This document shows, one piece after another, positions 19,574 through 29,583 of a stretch of DNA of 64,000 nt. The stretch's first letter is position 1. Every line of letters begins with the position of its first letter. The notes under the pieces are model-generated. The model had not been told where the DNA came from, ran no database searches, and saw only the letters and a program-made list of their open reading frames with translations. Origin of the DNA: Myxococcota bacterium (lineage in GTDB: Bacteria; Myxococcota_A; UBA9160; UBA6930); NCBI GenBank assembly GCA_965223705.1, contig OZ245015.1, forward strand, positions 2,080,001 to 2,144,000, written 5' to 3'. The position numbers and the translations under genes are program-made.

Positions 19574-20776
19574 TCAGCTCTGGTCTTTCAACCCCACGAT
19601 GGTCCACACGGCGTCTTCGCCCGCGCCCAGGAGCGCTCTTCCCACGTCCTGGGTGATGGTGTCGGACAGGTGCACGTGTTGCGTGGCGGCATGAATGTCT
19701 CGAAAGCAGCGCTGAATCACACTGGGGCGCAACGAAGCGCCCCCAGCGGCCTTGTGGGCGAAGGTGCAGACTTCGGAAACCACCTCGTGCAGATGCGTCA
19801 TCGCGCCGCGGAGCAGGGCGATCTGCTCGATCGTCACGTCCTCTCCTCGCGCGAAGCTCTCATCCACATCGGTCCACATCGAGTAACAGAAGGCGCGCGC
19901 CGCGCGGTACTTCGCTTCGGCCCGGGCATAGGCCAGCTGGAAGCTCGAGGCGTCGGCCAGCCGCCCGAAGGGCCCCGTCTTGGTCTTGGAGAGCTCGGCG
20001 ATTTCGTCGAGAACGCGGCGACCCACGCCCAGGGCGAATCCGCTGTGACCCCAGGCCGTGAAGCCGGTGAGACCGACCCTGTACTGGATCCCGCCGCACA
20101 CCGGCTCGCGATCCTCACCGAGGTGGGTCATCTCCTCGGGTACGAATACGTCCTGGATCGTGTAGTCGAAGCTGCCCGTTCCGCGCAGCCCGATGACATC
20201 CCAGTTGTCGAAGATCTCGACATCCTTGCGATCCACGTGGCAGATCAGGACCTCCGGGAGTCCGGTAGCGCTCATGACCGGTTTGCCGTCTTCGAGCAGG
20301 AGGCAGCCGGTGTGGATCACGTCGGCGTGGTGGATTCCGCTCCCGTAGCTCCAGCTTCCCTCGATCTGATAGCCGCCCGCGACTCGCACCGCCGTTCCAC
20401 GAGGCGGACCCTGACCTGCCATCAACAGATCCTTGCCGCGGGCGAAGAGCGCTTTCGCGCCTTTTTCGGGCAGAAAAGCGCCCCCCATGCCGAGCTCGAT
20501 AGCGCCCACCATGAGACACCATCCGGTGGAGCCGTCGTCGTACGCGGTCGCCTCGACCAGCTTCAAGGCTTCGCACCAGCGGAGCTCCGCGCCTCCCAGC
20601 GCCCTCGGGACGAGGATCCAGTAGAGGTCGGCTTCCTTGAAGGCGGCGACCACGTCGTCGCTCATGCGGTGTAGACGTTCGGCCTCGTCCGCCTTCTCGC
20701 GCACCAACGGCCGGAGGTCTCGAACTTTGCGTTCGAACTCGGCGAATCGAGGGGCGGTCGTCGCTAGCTGTTCCAT
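19574..20776 (-). CDS. acyl-CoA dehydrogenase-fold flavin-dependent monooxygenase, oxygenase component (HsaA-like)
   Basis: VPRALGG, DGSTGW, WSYGSG, WDVIGLRGTGS, IQRCFRDIHAATQH. Confidence 0.9.
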   Translation of the reverse strand: MEQLATTAPRFAEFERKVRDLRPLVREKADEAERLHRMSDDVVAAFKEADLYWILVPRALGGAELRWCEALKLVEATAYDDGSTGWCLMVGAIELGMGGAFLPEKGAKALFARGKDLLMAGQGPPRGTAVRVAGGYQIEGSWSYGSGIHHADVIHTGCLLLEDGKPVMSATGLPEVLICHVDRKDVEIFDNWDVIGLRGTGSFDYTIQDVFVPEEMTHLGEDREPVCGGIQYRVGLTGFTAWGHSGFALGVGRRVLDEIAELSKTKTGPFGRLADASSFQLAYARAEAKYRAARAFCYSMWTDVDESFARGEDVTIEQIALLRGAMTHLHEVVSEVCTFAHKAAGGASLRPSVIQRCFRDIHAATQHVHLSDTITQDVGRALLGAGEDAVWTIVGLKDQS

Positions 20777-20790
20777 TTTGTGTCTTTCAA

Positions 20791-21288
20791 CTAGGCGCCA
20801 GCTCGCAGCTTCTGGGCGGCGTTTCGGACGGCGGCGACGATTCCCTGGTAGCCGGTGCAACGGCAGACGTTTCCCGACAGCTGCTCCCGTATCTCGTCAT
20901 CGTCCGGGTCGGGGTTCTTCGCGAGGAGATCCTGAACCGTCAGCAAGAAGCCCGGGGTGCAGAAGCCACATTGGAGGCCGTGCTCCTCATGGAAGGCCTG
21001 CTGAATCGGATGCAATCCTTCGGGACCGGCCATTCCCTCGACGGTGTCGATGGTCGCTCCGTCGACCGAGATCGCAAAGGTCAAGCACGAGCGCGCGATG
21101 GCTCCGTCGATGCGCACGGTGCAGGCGCCACAGACACCCTGCTCGCAGCCGACGTGCGTGCCGGTCAGCCGGCATTCGTGGCGCAGGAAATCGCTCAGCA
21201 GCATTCGCGGCTCGGCCAGGGCGGTGTGCTGTTCACCGTTGACGGTCAACGTGATCGCCTGGAGGCCTTTGACGGCTTGGGTGCTCAC
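20791..21288 (-). CDS. (2Fe-2S) small subunit of a xanthine dehydrogenase-family enzyme (CoxS-like)
   Basis: GCEQGVCGACT, SC, QCGFCTPG, NVCRCTGY. Confidence 0.96.
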   Translation of the reverse strand: MSTQAVKGLQAITLTVNGEQHTALAEPRMLLSDFLRHECRLTGTHVGCEQGVCGACTVRIDGAIARSCLTFAISVDGATIDTVEGMAGPEGLHPIQQAFHEEHGLQCGFCTPGFLLTVQDLLAKNPDPDDDEIREQLSGNVCRCTGYQGIVAAVRNAAQKLRAGA

Positions 21289-22157
21289 CGGTTGTTCCTT
21301 CTCGAGATCGCTTCGTCGATCACACGCGAAACCAGCACAGCAGCCAGATCCTTGCGGTACAACGAGCTGCCGTGCTGATCGAAGGGTGGATCGAGGTCCC
21401 GGGCGACGAGGGCGCCGATCTCGCGGCTGGTGTTGGCATCGGGGAGCCCCTGGCCCGCCAGAGCGGCCTCGGCGGCCGGCACGCGCACCGCGCGGTCGGC
21501 GACGCCGAGTAGGGCGATGCGCGCGGACTCAATGCGGTCTCCGTCGAGTTCCGCCGAGAAAGCCACTCCCGCGAGTGCGAAGTCGCCGTGCCGTCGGGCG
21601 AATTCGCCAAAGCCCCAGACGGTTCGGTTCGGCGCGGCGGCGGGGATGCGGACTTCGCAGAGGAGCTCGTCCGGAGCCAGCGACGTCGTCAGGTAGGACT
21701 CGAAGAAATCGTCGGCGTCGATCAGCCGCTCACCGGCAGGGCCTCGCGCGAGGATGGAGCCGCCGAGTGCGAGAAGGACGGCGGGCAGCTCTGCGGCGGC
21801 GTCGGCATGGGCGACGCTGCCGCCGAAGGTTCCGCGATTGCGGTTGGCCGTGTGCCCCACCCACTGAAGAGCAGCGGGGACCATCGGTACACTGTCGGCG
21901 ACCTCCTTCGATGCGAGGACGGCCGCTTGACGCGCGGTAGCTCCGATCGCCAGCTCGCCGTTGCAGCGGATCTCGCTCAAACCCGCGATTCCACAGATGT
22001 CGATCAGCGCCGAAGGCTGGGCGAGGCGCAAATTCATCATCGGAATGAGACTCTGACCCCCGGCGAGGACTTTGCCTTCGTCACCATGCTCGGAGAGCAG
22101 CGACACCGCTTCGTCCACGGATTCGGGCCGGTAGTAGACAAACGGCGCGGGTTTCAT
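21285..22157 (-). CDS. FAD-binding medium subunit of a xanthine dehydrogenase-family enzyme (CoxM-like)
   Basis: MKPAPF, LAGGQSL, RNRGTFGGS, RRHGDFA. Confidence 0.95.
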   Translation of the reverse strand: MKPAPFVYYRPESVDEAVSLLSEHGDEGKVLAGGQSLIPMMNLRLAQPSALIDICGIAGLSEIRCNGELAIGATARQAAVLASKEVADSVPMVPAALQWVGHTANRNRGTFGGSVAHADAAAELPAVLLALGGSILARGPAGERLIDADDFFESYLTTSLAPDELLCEVRIPAAAPNRTVWGFGEFARRHGDFALAGVAFSAELDGDRIESARIALLGVADRAVRVPAAEAALAGQGLPDANTSREIGALVARDLDPPFDQHGSSLYRKDLAAVLVSRVIDEAISRRNNR

Positions 22158-22291
22158 ACTCCTTACGTAACACAACGCCGCGATTTTCGGGAAGCTCGGG
22201 GGCGTGGCGCACGCCCGGCAGCGCTGGCAGCTTCCAGTGCTTTGTCGTTAGCCTCGACACGTCTCGGGGATGGGCAGAGCAGGAGCCACGC

Positions 22292-23065
22292 TTGAGAGTC
22301 GTCGTCTGGAGCTGCGGACAGCTCGGAGTGGAGGTCGCCAACGCGCTCGTGGCCCTGCCCGAGGTCGATCGCGCGACGCTCGTGCAAGCCCCGTGGAAAA
22401 CGCGGGCCCGGGAAGACTCCGCGCTGGGGCGGATCCGAGCCGGCATCCGCGAAGAGGGGTTTTGGGCGTTTCTCCGGCGGGTGTTCGAGACACGCCTTCC
22501 TCGCGCGTCGTCAACGCCGGCTCACCCGACGCTCCGCGGCGATGTCGACCGACACGAAGTCGACGACTTTCACGGCGAGGACTCCCTCGCGCTAGCGCGC
22601 GACTTCGCGGCGGACCTCGGTGTCGTCGCAGGTACCTACATCCTCCGCGAGAAGCTTTTCTCGATTCCCCGGCTCGGCTCGATCAATCTCCACAGCGGGA
22701 AAGCTCCGCAGTACCGGGGTTCCGCGCCGGCATTCTGGGAGCTCTACAACGGCGAGACGGAGGTAGGAATCACGATCCACCGCGTCGCGAAGAAACTCGA
22801 TGCGGGTGATATCTTCCTCCAGGAAGTTTTCCCTCTCGATCCCTCACCTCCCGGAGACCCGCTCGCCTACGTCGTGCGCTACCGCGACGAGGTCTTGCGA
22901 CCCAACGGGGTGAGGATGCTCGCCGAGGCTGTATCGGGGATCGCTCGGGGAAGCTTGTCGCCGACGCCGCAGGACGGACGCGGGGCCCGGACGTACCGGA
23001 TGCCGGACGCCAGCGCAAAGCGAGAGCTCGTAGAGCGGGTCCGCGCCCGCAGACGGCAGCATTGA
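22292..23065 (+). CDS. formyltransferase family protein (probably polysaccharide-related)
   Basis: SINLHSGKAPQYRGSAP, GITIH, LDAGDI; TTG start. Confidence 0.88.
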   Translation: MRVVVWSCGQLGVEVANALVALPEVDRATLVQAPWKTRAREDSALGRIRAGIREEGFWAFLRRVFETRLPRASSTPAHPTLRGDVDRHEVDDFHGEDSLALARDFAADLGVVAGTYILREKLFSIPRLGSINLHSGKAPQYRGSAPAFWELYNGETEVGITIHRVAKKLDAGDIFLQEVFPLDPSPPGDPLAYVVRYRDEVLRPNGVRMLAEAVSGIARGSLSPTPQDGRGARTYRMPDASAKRELVERVRARRRQH

Positions 23066-23078
23066 AGGGAGACTCGGC

Positions 23079-23903
23079 GTGGAGCCCGAGCTGAAGAAGC
23101 GTGTCAAGAGTTGGCTCGGCCGTGCTCTGTCTCTCACGCGCATGCATCGACCGCTGTTGCGAGAGCGCGGCTTGGTTCTCCTCTTTCACCGGGTGGACGA
23201 CCGGCTGACCGACGATCCCCTGACGTGCACCTCGGCCGAGTTCGATCGGTGGTGCGATTTTCTCCGCCGCCATTTCGAGGTGCTCTCCCTGTCCCAGTTC
23301 ATCGACCGGCTGGCTGCAGGCCAGTCCGTGGGCGGCTGTGCGGCGCTGACCTTCGACGACGGGTACCTCGACAACTACGCGACGGCGGCTCCGATTCTCA
23401 AACGCCACAACCTTTCGGCGTGCTTTTTCGTCGCCACGAATTTCATCGGCTCGGAGCACGTCCCCTGGTGGGATCGCGAGCTCCCCGTCCGGCTACCGTG
23501 GATGAGCTGGGACCAGGTGCGGGAGCTCCAGCGCGACGGTTTCGAGATCGGCTGCCACACCATGAACCACGTGGACCTCGGCGTAGTCCCCGACGACGAG
23601 GCGACCGTCGAGATCACCGGCGCAAAGCAGAAGTTGGCCGAAGAGCTGGCGCTCCCGGTGCGACACTTCTCCTATCCGTACGGCGGACGCGATCAGGTGA
23701 CCGCAGCGTGTGTCGCCACGGTTCGAGAGGCCGGCTTCGCCTCCTGCTCTTCCGCCTACGGCGGCCTCGTCGAGAACGGCGAGGACTGCTTCCGCGTTCA
23801 GCGCACCCCGATTTCACCCTGGTTCAGCAGCCCCTATCAAATGCTCGCCGAAATCGTTCTCGAGGCGCACTCGGGGGCTGCGGACCAGCCGGACCCTTTC
23901 TAA
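23079..23903 (+). CDS. polysaccharide deacetylase (NodB/CE4) family
   Basis: LLFHRV, LTFDDGY, EIGCHTMNH, FSYPYG. Confidence 0.94.
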   Translation: MEPELKKRVKSWLGRALSLTRMHRPLLRERGLVLLFHRVDDRLTDDPLTCTSAEFDRWCDFLRRHFEVLSLSQFIDRLAAGQSVGGCAALTFDDGYLDNYATAAPILKRHNLSACFFVATNFIGSEHVPWWDRELPVRLPWMSWDQVRELQRDGFEIGCHTMNHVDLGVVPDDEATVEITGAKQKLAEELALPVRHFSYPYGGRDQVTAACVATVREAGFASCSSAYGGLVENGEDCFRVQRTPISPWFSSPYQMLAEIVLEAHSGAADQPDPF

Positions 23904-23961
23904 CCGCTCGCTTGGCGCCCCCGAGTCCCTCGAGTAGAGTCGGGCACGCGAGGAGACCCCG

Positions 23962-25083
23962 ATGTTCTTTGAAGGCGCGATCTCTGCCGACTCTCACATC
24001 GTCGAACCGCCGAACTGCTACGTGGACCACATCGAGCCCAAGTACCGCGACATCGCTCCGCGCATTGTCCGTACCGAAAGTCGCGGCGACGCGTTTGTCA
24101 TGGAGGGCATGAAGCGCATCGTGCCCATCGCGCTGCTGGACGGCGCCGGGCGCAGCGTCGGGGAGCTCCGGGGGTTCGCCCGCAGTGCACGATTCGAGGA
24201 TTGCCGCCCGAGCGGGTGGGACCCGCGTTACCGGGTGGAGGACCAGAAGCGCGACGGCCTCGCCGCAGAGGTTCTGTACGCCTCCGTCGGAATGGCCATC
24301 TGCACGCATCCGGAGCCCGAGTACAAGTCGGCATGCATGACAGCCTACAACCGTTGGCTCGAGGGTTACTGCGCCGAGGCACCGGATCGCCTGTTCGGCC
24401 TCGGGATGTCTGCGGTCACCTCGGTCGACGGCGCCATCGAGGATTTCCGCCGGATCAAGGAGCAGGGGTTCGTCGGAGTGATGATGCCCGGAAACCCGGT
24501 TTACGAGGACTTTGACCACCCCGATTACGACGCCCTCTGGGCCTGCGCGACCGACCTCGAGCTTCCCCTGTGCTTTCACATTCTCACCGCCAAGGAAGGG
24601 GACATGCGCACCGCGTTCAACCCCACGCGTGGTCACCGCATCAACGGCTTCATGCAGATCATCCGCGCCGTACAAGACGTGATCGGCGTCATGGTCTTGG
24701 GCGGCGTCTTCGAGCGCTTTCCGGGTCTCAAGCTCGTGTGCGCGGAAGGCGATGCGGGTTGGATGCCGCACTACATGTACCGGATGGATCACGCGGCCTT
24801 CAACAACGCGGAGGACGGCATCATCAAAGGCCTGTCGAAGGTCCCGAGCGAATACTTGAAGAAGAACGTCTATCTGACGTTTCAGGACGACTGGGTCGCT
24901 TTCGAGACGCGCAACCTGATGGCGTCGAGCCAACTTCTTTGGGCGAACGACTTCCCCCACACCGATTCGACGTGGCCGAACTCCCAGTCACTGCTGGCGC
25001 AACACGCCGCTGACCTCGACCCCGACGAGACTCGGGCGATCCTCCGAGACAATGTCCGCGGCGTGTTCGACCTACCGGTGTGA
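23962..25083 (+). CDS. amidohydrolase family protein (Amidohydro_2 type)
   Basis: ISADSHIVEP, AYNRWL, LCFH, GVFERFPGLK, WANDFPHTDSTWP. Confidence 0.93.
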   Translation: MFFEGAISADSHIVEPPNCYVDHIEPKYRDIAPRIVRTESRGDAFVMEGMKRIVPIALLDGAGRSVGELRGFARSARFEDCRPSGWDPRYRVEDQKRDGLAAEVLYASVGMAICTHPEPEYKSACMTAYNRWLEGYCAEAPDRLFGLGMSAVTSVDGAIEDFRRIKEQGFVGVMMPGNPVYEDFDHPDYDALWACATDLELPLCFHILTAKEGDMRTAFNPTRGHRINGFMQIIRAVQDVIGVMVLGGVFERFPGLKLVCAEGDAGWMPHYMYRMDHAAFNNAEDGIIKGLSKVPSEYLKKNVYLTFQDDWVAFETRNLMASSQLLWANDFPHTDSTWPNSQSLLAQHAADLDPDETRAILRDNVRGVFDLPV

Positions 25084-25117
25084 TCTGAGTCCGTCTTCTG
25101 CAACGCAGCCGCTCTCT

Positions 25118-26536
25118 GTGGAACCTTTCTTCCAACATCCCGATCCGGGTGAGGCGCCGCGTGGGCGGATCGCGCTGCTCGCTTACCACTTCCCCCCGGC
25201 CGAGACAGCCGGCGCGCTGCGCTGGCAAAAGCTCGCTCGCCACGCTTACGAGCGCGGCTGGGCCCTCGACGCGTTCACCCGAGCACCCGAACAGCTGGAG
25301 CTTCGAGATGACTCCCGACTGAGGGAGCTCCCGCCAGGAGCACGGGTGTTCGGTGTCCCCGAGCTACCGACGCGAACCCGGCGAGCCGAGTCTTTTCTCT
25401 GGGGGCGGTTGCGACCGTGGGTGCGCTCATGGTGGAGCCACTCGGAGCGAAGCGTCGACGGCTCTCCGAGCGGACCGACCTCTCTCGCAGCGGGAGAGCT
25501 CCGCTTCCGTCCGTGGTCGCCATCGAGTTGGCGGCCCGCTTACGAGGGTTGGGCCAGTTACTCCGAGGAACGAGCCTGGGGCCGGGCCGCGGCGGGGTAC
25601 GCGCGCAGCGTCATCGAGCGTGAGCGTCACCGGCTCGTGGTCTCGTGCGGTCCGCCCCATGGAACCCACCTGGGCGCGGAGCTGCTTCACCGGTCCACGG
25701 GCCTTCCTTTCGTCCTCGACTTTCGAGACCTGTGGAGCTTGACCGAACGCTGGACCGCGTACCGAGGTAGCCCGGTTACCGTGCGGCTGGCGCGGCGTTG
25801 GGAAGCCTCGGGCGTTCGTCGAGCGACGCTGGTGGTTCTCAACACCGAGCGCGCTTGTCGCGCGATGCGGGAAGAATATCCCGAGCGCGCCGAACGGATG
25901 ATTTCGGTCATGAACGGATACGACGAGGAGGAACTGCCCCGCGTCGAACGCGACGGATGTTTTCGCTTGTCTTACGCGGGGACGATCTACCTCGACCGAA
26001 CGCCGCGCACCCTCTTCGCCGCCGTCGCGCGTCTCGTTCGCGAGCACCGCCTCGAGCCGGGGGACCTCGCCGTCGAGTTCATGGGGCACATCTTTCCGAG
26101 CCCCGAAGCGGTGCTTTCCCTAGCGCGCGAGGAAAACATCGAGTCCTTTGTGAAGGTGCACCCGCCGGGAACCCGACGCGAGGCGAACGAGTTCTTGGCG
26201 AGGGCGCCGATGCTGGTCAACCTCCCCCAGGACAGCCATATGGCGATCCCGTCGAAGATTTTCGAGTACCTCCGTCACGATGCCTGGTTGCTGGTCCTCG
26301 CGCGAAGGGAGAGCGCGTCCGCCGACGCGCTCCGCGGATCCCCGGCCGACGTGGTCGATCCGAACGACGTCGAAGGGATGTATCGGGCGTTAGCGAGGCG
26401 TTTCGAAGAACATCGCCGCGGAGCCACGCCGGGCGCGATCGCCGATGAGACCCGGCTGTCGCGTCGCGAGCAGGCGGAGCGCCTCTTCGACGCGATCGAC
26501 GAAGCCCTCCGCCGAGGCGCGGGCCAGGCGAGCTAG
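25118..26536 (+). CDS. GT4-type glycosyltransferase
   Basis: AYHFPP...GALRW, SCGPPH, LDFRDLW, MNGYD, YAGTIY, IPSKIFEYL; start uncertain. Confidence 0.88.
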   Translation: MEPFFQHPDPGEAPRGRIALLAYHFPPAETAGALRWQKLARHAYERGWALDAFTRAPEQLELRDDSRLRELPPGARVFGVPELPTRTRRAESFLWGRLRPWVRSWWSHSERSVDGSPSGPTSLAAGELRFRPWSPSSWRPAYEGWASYSEERAWGRAAAGYARSVIERERHRLVVSCGPPHGTHLGAELLHRSTGLPFVLDFRDLWSLTERWTAYRGSPVTVRLARRWEASGVRRATLVVLNTERACRAMREEYPERAERMISVMNGYDEEELPRVERDGCFRLSYAGTIYLDRTPRTLFAAVARLVREHRLEPGDLAVEFMGHIFPSPEAVLSLAREENIESFVKVHPPGTRREANEFLARAPMLVNLPQDSHMAIPSKIFEYLRHDAWLLVLARRESASADALRGSPADVVDPNDVEGMYRALARRFEEHRRGATPGAIADETRLSRREQAERLFDAIDEALRRGAGQAS

Positions 26537-27612
26537 ACCGAGAGTTTGCGGAGTTCCGGAGCGACTTTCTGGCCCAGTAGCCTGAGAGAGTCCTGAACGA
26601 GATCGAACGGCATGCCCGCGTAAGAGACGGCCATCGCCGGGCGCAACTCCCCCGTCATCTCCGCCCGCTTGGTCCACTTTTCGATGATCTGGGCCGGCGT
26701 ACCCCAAGCCTGGCTCTGCACGAAACCTTCGCAGGCCGCGTCGAGTCCGATCTCCTGGATCGCGGACGCCCCGGCCTGATACGCCTGGTAACCCTGGGTT
26801 TCGCCCCAGTGCGAGCCGTCGAAGTCGTAGTGCCGGATGACGCTCAGGTAGTACTTGGAGAGGTACTGGCGCGCCACTTCTTCGGCGACGCGCTCGTCTT
26901 CGTGGCAGTACGTAAAGTCCGAAAACACGGGTGCGCCGGGTGACTTCCCGGGATGCATCTCGCGGAAGCGATCGCGCCAGGCCTCGACCGCCGCATGGTG
27001 TTGTTCCCAGGGCAACTGCACGAACGACATCATCGTGCCGCCGAGGTTTGCCGCCGCGACTCCGGATTCCGGCGTCATGGCCACGGAGAAGAAGCCGCGA
27101 TCGCGGTAACCGAACTCGGGCTTCGGCGTCACGGTCGTGCGCGATTGCTGGAAGAACTCGGTGTCGTATTCGGCAATGCCCGTCTCGAGGATGTCGAGCA
27201 CGATTTCCGCGGCCTGGTCGAAACGCTCTCGTGCCGTGTTCATATCGACTCCGAACGCTCGGTATTCCTCGCGCGCGAGGCCGCGACCGAAGCCCAAAAG
27301 AAAACGCTCGCCGAGAAGCACTTGCAGCATCGAAATTTTCTCGGCGATCCGCGTGGGATTTTCGTGCCACGGCAGGATGATGGCGCCGGTTCCGATCTTG
27401 ATCCGCTCGGTCTTCCCTGCGAGATACGCCAACCACTGCATGTTGTCGGGCATCATCGAATAGTTCGGGTCGAAGTGATGTTCCGGCAGGAGGAGGAAGT
27501 CCATGCCGACTTCCTCCGCGAGCAGCGCGACTTCGGTTTCGCGCCGCATCATCTCGGCGTCGGAGAGGCCCTCATGCGTGTTCTGGAAAATGAATTGCAG
27601 ACCGACTTCCAT
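26533..27612 (-). CDS. LLM-class (luciferase-like) flavin-dependent oxidoreductase
   Basis: PEHHF, IKIGTGAIILPWH, RIAE, LGFGRG. Confidence 0.93.
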   Translation of the reverse strand: MEVGLQFIFQNTHEGLSDAEMMRRETEVALLAEEVGMDFLLLPEHHFDPNYSMMPDNMQWLAYLAGKTERIKIGTGAIILPWHENPTRIAEKISMLQVLLGERFLLGFGRGLAREEYRAFGVDMNTARERFDQAAEIVLDILETGIAEYDTEFFQQSRTTVTPKPEFGYRDRGFFSVAMTPESGVAAANLGGTMMSFVQLPWEQHHAAVEAWRDRFREMHPGKSPGAPVFSDFTYCHEDERVAEEVARQYLSKYYLSVIRHYDFDGSHWGETQGYQAYQAGASAIQEIGLDAACEGFVQSQAWGTPAQIIEKWTKRAEMTGELRPAMAVSYAGMPFDLVQDSLRLLGQKVAPELRKLSV

Positions 27613-27639
27613 GGCGCTTTCCTCGTGGTCGAACCGTTC

Positions 27640-28725
27640 TCACGGTCGGATTTCGTAGTAGTTGTTGAGCGGGTTCTCGTCGTAGGGGAGCCGTCGGAAC
27701 CGTGTGAAACCCTGCTGTGTGGACATCTCCTCGGCCACGACTTCGTTGAACCCGAGGGTTCCGAGGCCGGCACCGTCGGGCTTCGACATGGCCGAAGACA
27801 TGCACACGTTCACCGAGAAGCCGTACAGGAGGCCGGCGATGGGGTTGTCCCGGAGGTTCTGCGGAAAATTCGGGAAGCTCCTGATGTCCTCGCAGAGCCA
27901 GGTGCCGTCGGATTGTAGGGAACGCCGGATGTCGCGAATGAGCTCCGCCGGATACGGTGTGTCGTGCACGACGTCGAAGGTGGTGGCGAAATCGAAAGTA
28001 GGCTCACTCGGCATCGGCGTCTCGAGCGGGTTCTGTACTTCGACGTTCGCGAGGCCCGCTTCGGCGACGTTGCGGCGGGCGCGATCGAGCGCGTGGTGCG
28101 AGATGTCGTAGGCCACGAATCGAGAATTCGGAAAGGCCTTGGCCATCGCCACCGTCGACAGCGCGCCGCCACAGCCGACGTCCGCCACCGCCGCCCCCGC
28201 TTCGAGTTTCTCGACAACCCCGTCGAGGAGGGGGAGGATGCGCGGAACCAGCTCGTACTTCTGCATCTGCTGGCTCAGTCGCTCCACGCCGCAGGCGCAA
28301 CCGGCACCCTTGTCGTCGTAGGTCTGACCGATCCCGGTCCGAAAGCAGTCGGGCAGGCCTTTCACGGTCTCCATCAGCGCGACCACCGCCTCGAACGCCC
28401 CGGCGAAGTAGGCGGGACTCGCCTCGTCGAGAAGCGCGGCCTTCGCCTCGGGAGAGAGGTAGAAGACGTCGTCCGCGTCGCGGTATTCGAGCTGGCCGAG
28501 GCACGCCTGGTGTCGCAACCATTCGCGGAGCCAGCGTTCGTGGAGGCCCGTGTGGTCGGCGAGCCCCTGGCTCGTCACCGGGCCCGTTTCGGACAGTGCC
28601 CGGTAAAGCCCCAGCTGATCGCCGACGTAGCTGAGGGCACAGTTCATGCCTTGGCTCACGCTGTCACCCAGCTGGCCGACGAATGCCTGCAGTCGTTCGG
28701 GATCGACTTCGGTGCGGATCTCCAT
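27640..28725 (-). CDS. class I SAM-dependent methyltransferase with N-terminal winged helix
   Basis: GDQLGLYRAL, LHERWLREWL, ADVGCGG, FDVVHD; ATG at 28725 with GGAGG SD. Confidence 0.92.
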   Translation of the reverse strand: MEIRTEVDPERLQAFVGQLGDSVSQGMNCALSYVGDQLGLYRALSETGPVTSQGLADHTGLHERWLREWLRHQACLGQLEYRDADDVFYLSPEAKAALLDEASPAYFAGAFEAVVALMETVKGLPDCFRTGIGQTYDDKGAGCACGVERLSQQMQKYELVPRILPLLDGVVEKLEAGAAVADVGCGGALSTVAMAKAFPNSRFVAYDISHHALDRARRNVAEAGLANVEVQNPLETPMPSEPTFDFATTFDVVHDTPYPAELIRDIRRSLQSDGTWLCEDIRSFPNFPQNLRDNPIAGLLYGFSVNVCMSSAMSKPDGAGLGTLGFNEVVAEEMSTQQGFTRFRRLPYDENPLNNYYEIRP

Positions 28726-28814
28726 GGGACCTCCCTGGGGTTTGGCCCAAGAGAATACCTCCGCGTAGCTCAATCGGATCGAATCGGGCGCGGGCACGCC
28801 CGTACCGCCTGCGG

Positions 28815-29492
28815 TCAGTCTTGCCGGGTGCGCAGGGCCAACAAGCCGAGACCCATCGCGAGGAGTACGCCGGTCGCCGGCTCGGGGACGATCGTCACCT
28901 CGCCGAAAGCCAAATAGTTCGTCTCGTTGGTGTCGTCGATTTGGAAGAGAATGAGGTCGGGGTTCGGCGGCGGCGTCGACGTGTAGCTGCTGTCGGAGAA
29001 CACGTCGGTCGTGGCGTAGATGTACGTGACTTCCCACTCGATGTTGTCGAGCACCGGGTCTTCCAGGGTTTCGCTGCCCACACTCCAGACATCGATCGTG
29101 CTCCCCACCGCAACGGTGAGCCCGAAGATCGCCGCGAGAGCGGCGCCGTCCGCATCGACGATCTGATCGTTGGTGATCGCGACGCTCGATTCGACGCCCA
29201 GGGTGGTGACCCCGAGGCCGGTCAACGACCCGGTGCCTCCCGGGAAGACGTAGTTGATCTCGTCGGGCGGGAAATCCTCGACGATGCAACCCCCGCAGAC
29301 ATCGCCGTAGACCACGTTGCCGGAGAACTCCGACACGCCTTCGACGCCCCCGGTGTAGGTGCCGAGCGCGTTGTCTTCGAGGATGACCGTGAGGATTCCC
29401 GTCCAGGCGATCGAAGCCGCCTCGGCGCGGCCAGGGGCGGTGAGTGTGAAAAGCGCGAGAGCTGAGAGCAAGAGGGAAGAACTGCGGCGCAT
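28815..29492 (-). CDS. PEP-CTERM sorting domain protein
   Basis: Signal peptide (MRRSSSLLLSALALF...AEA); acidic Thr/Gly-rich body; C-terminal VPEP-TM-basic tail. Confidence 0.95.
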   Translation of the reverse strand: MRRSSSLLLSALALFTLTAPGRAEAASIAWTGILTVILEDNALGTYTGGVEGVSEFSGNVVYGDVCGGCIVEDFPPDEINYVFPGGTGSLTGLGVTTLGVESSVAITNDQIVDADGAALAAIFGLTVAVGSTIDVWSVGSETLEDPVLDNIEWEVTYIYATTDVFSDSSYTSTPPPNPDLILFQIDDTNETNYLAFGEVTIVPEPATGVLLAMGLGLLALRTRQD

Positions 29493-29583
29493 GAGAACTC
29501 CGGTGTGGGTAAACAGAATCACCCGAGCGCCCTGGCAAAGCAAGGCCGCTGCTCCGACGGGGTTCCCCCCGGGCTACCCGGAG

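Noticed and set aside
17182..22157. Aerobic CO dehydrogenase (coxMSL)
   Set aside because: The loop is AVRGVG, not AYXCSFR, and no cox accessory genes are present
22292..23065. Methionyl-tRNA formyltransferase (fmt)
   Set aside because: It lacks the C-terminal Fmt domain and sits beside a polysaccharide deacetylase rather than def
28764..28779. tRNA-like fragment CGTAGCTCAATCGGAT
   Set aside because: It resembles a D arm only; there is no anticodon arm, T arm or acceptor pairing, so it is probably chance
29540..29570. Sigma54 promoter for the PEP-CTERM gene
   Set aside because: TTGC is present, but the -24 position reads AG instead of the invariant GG
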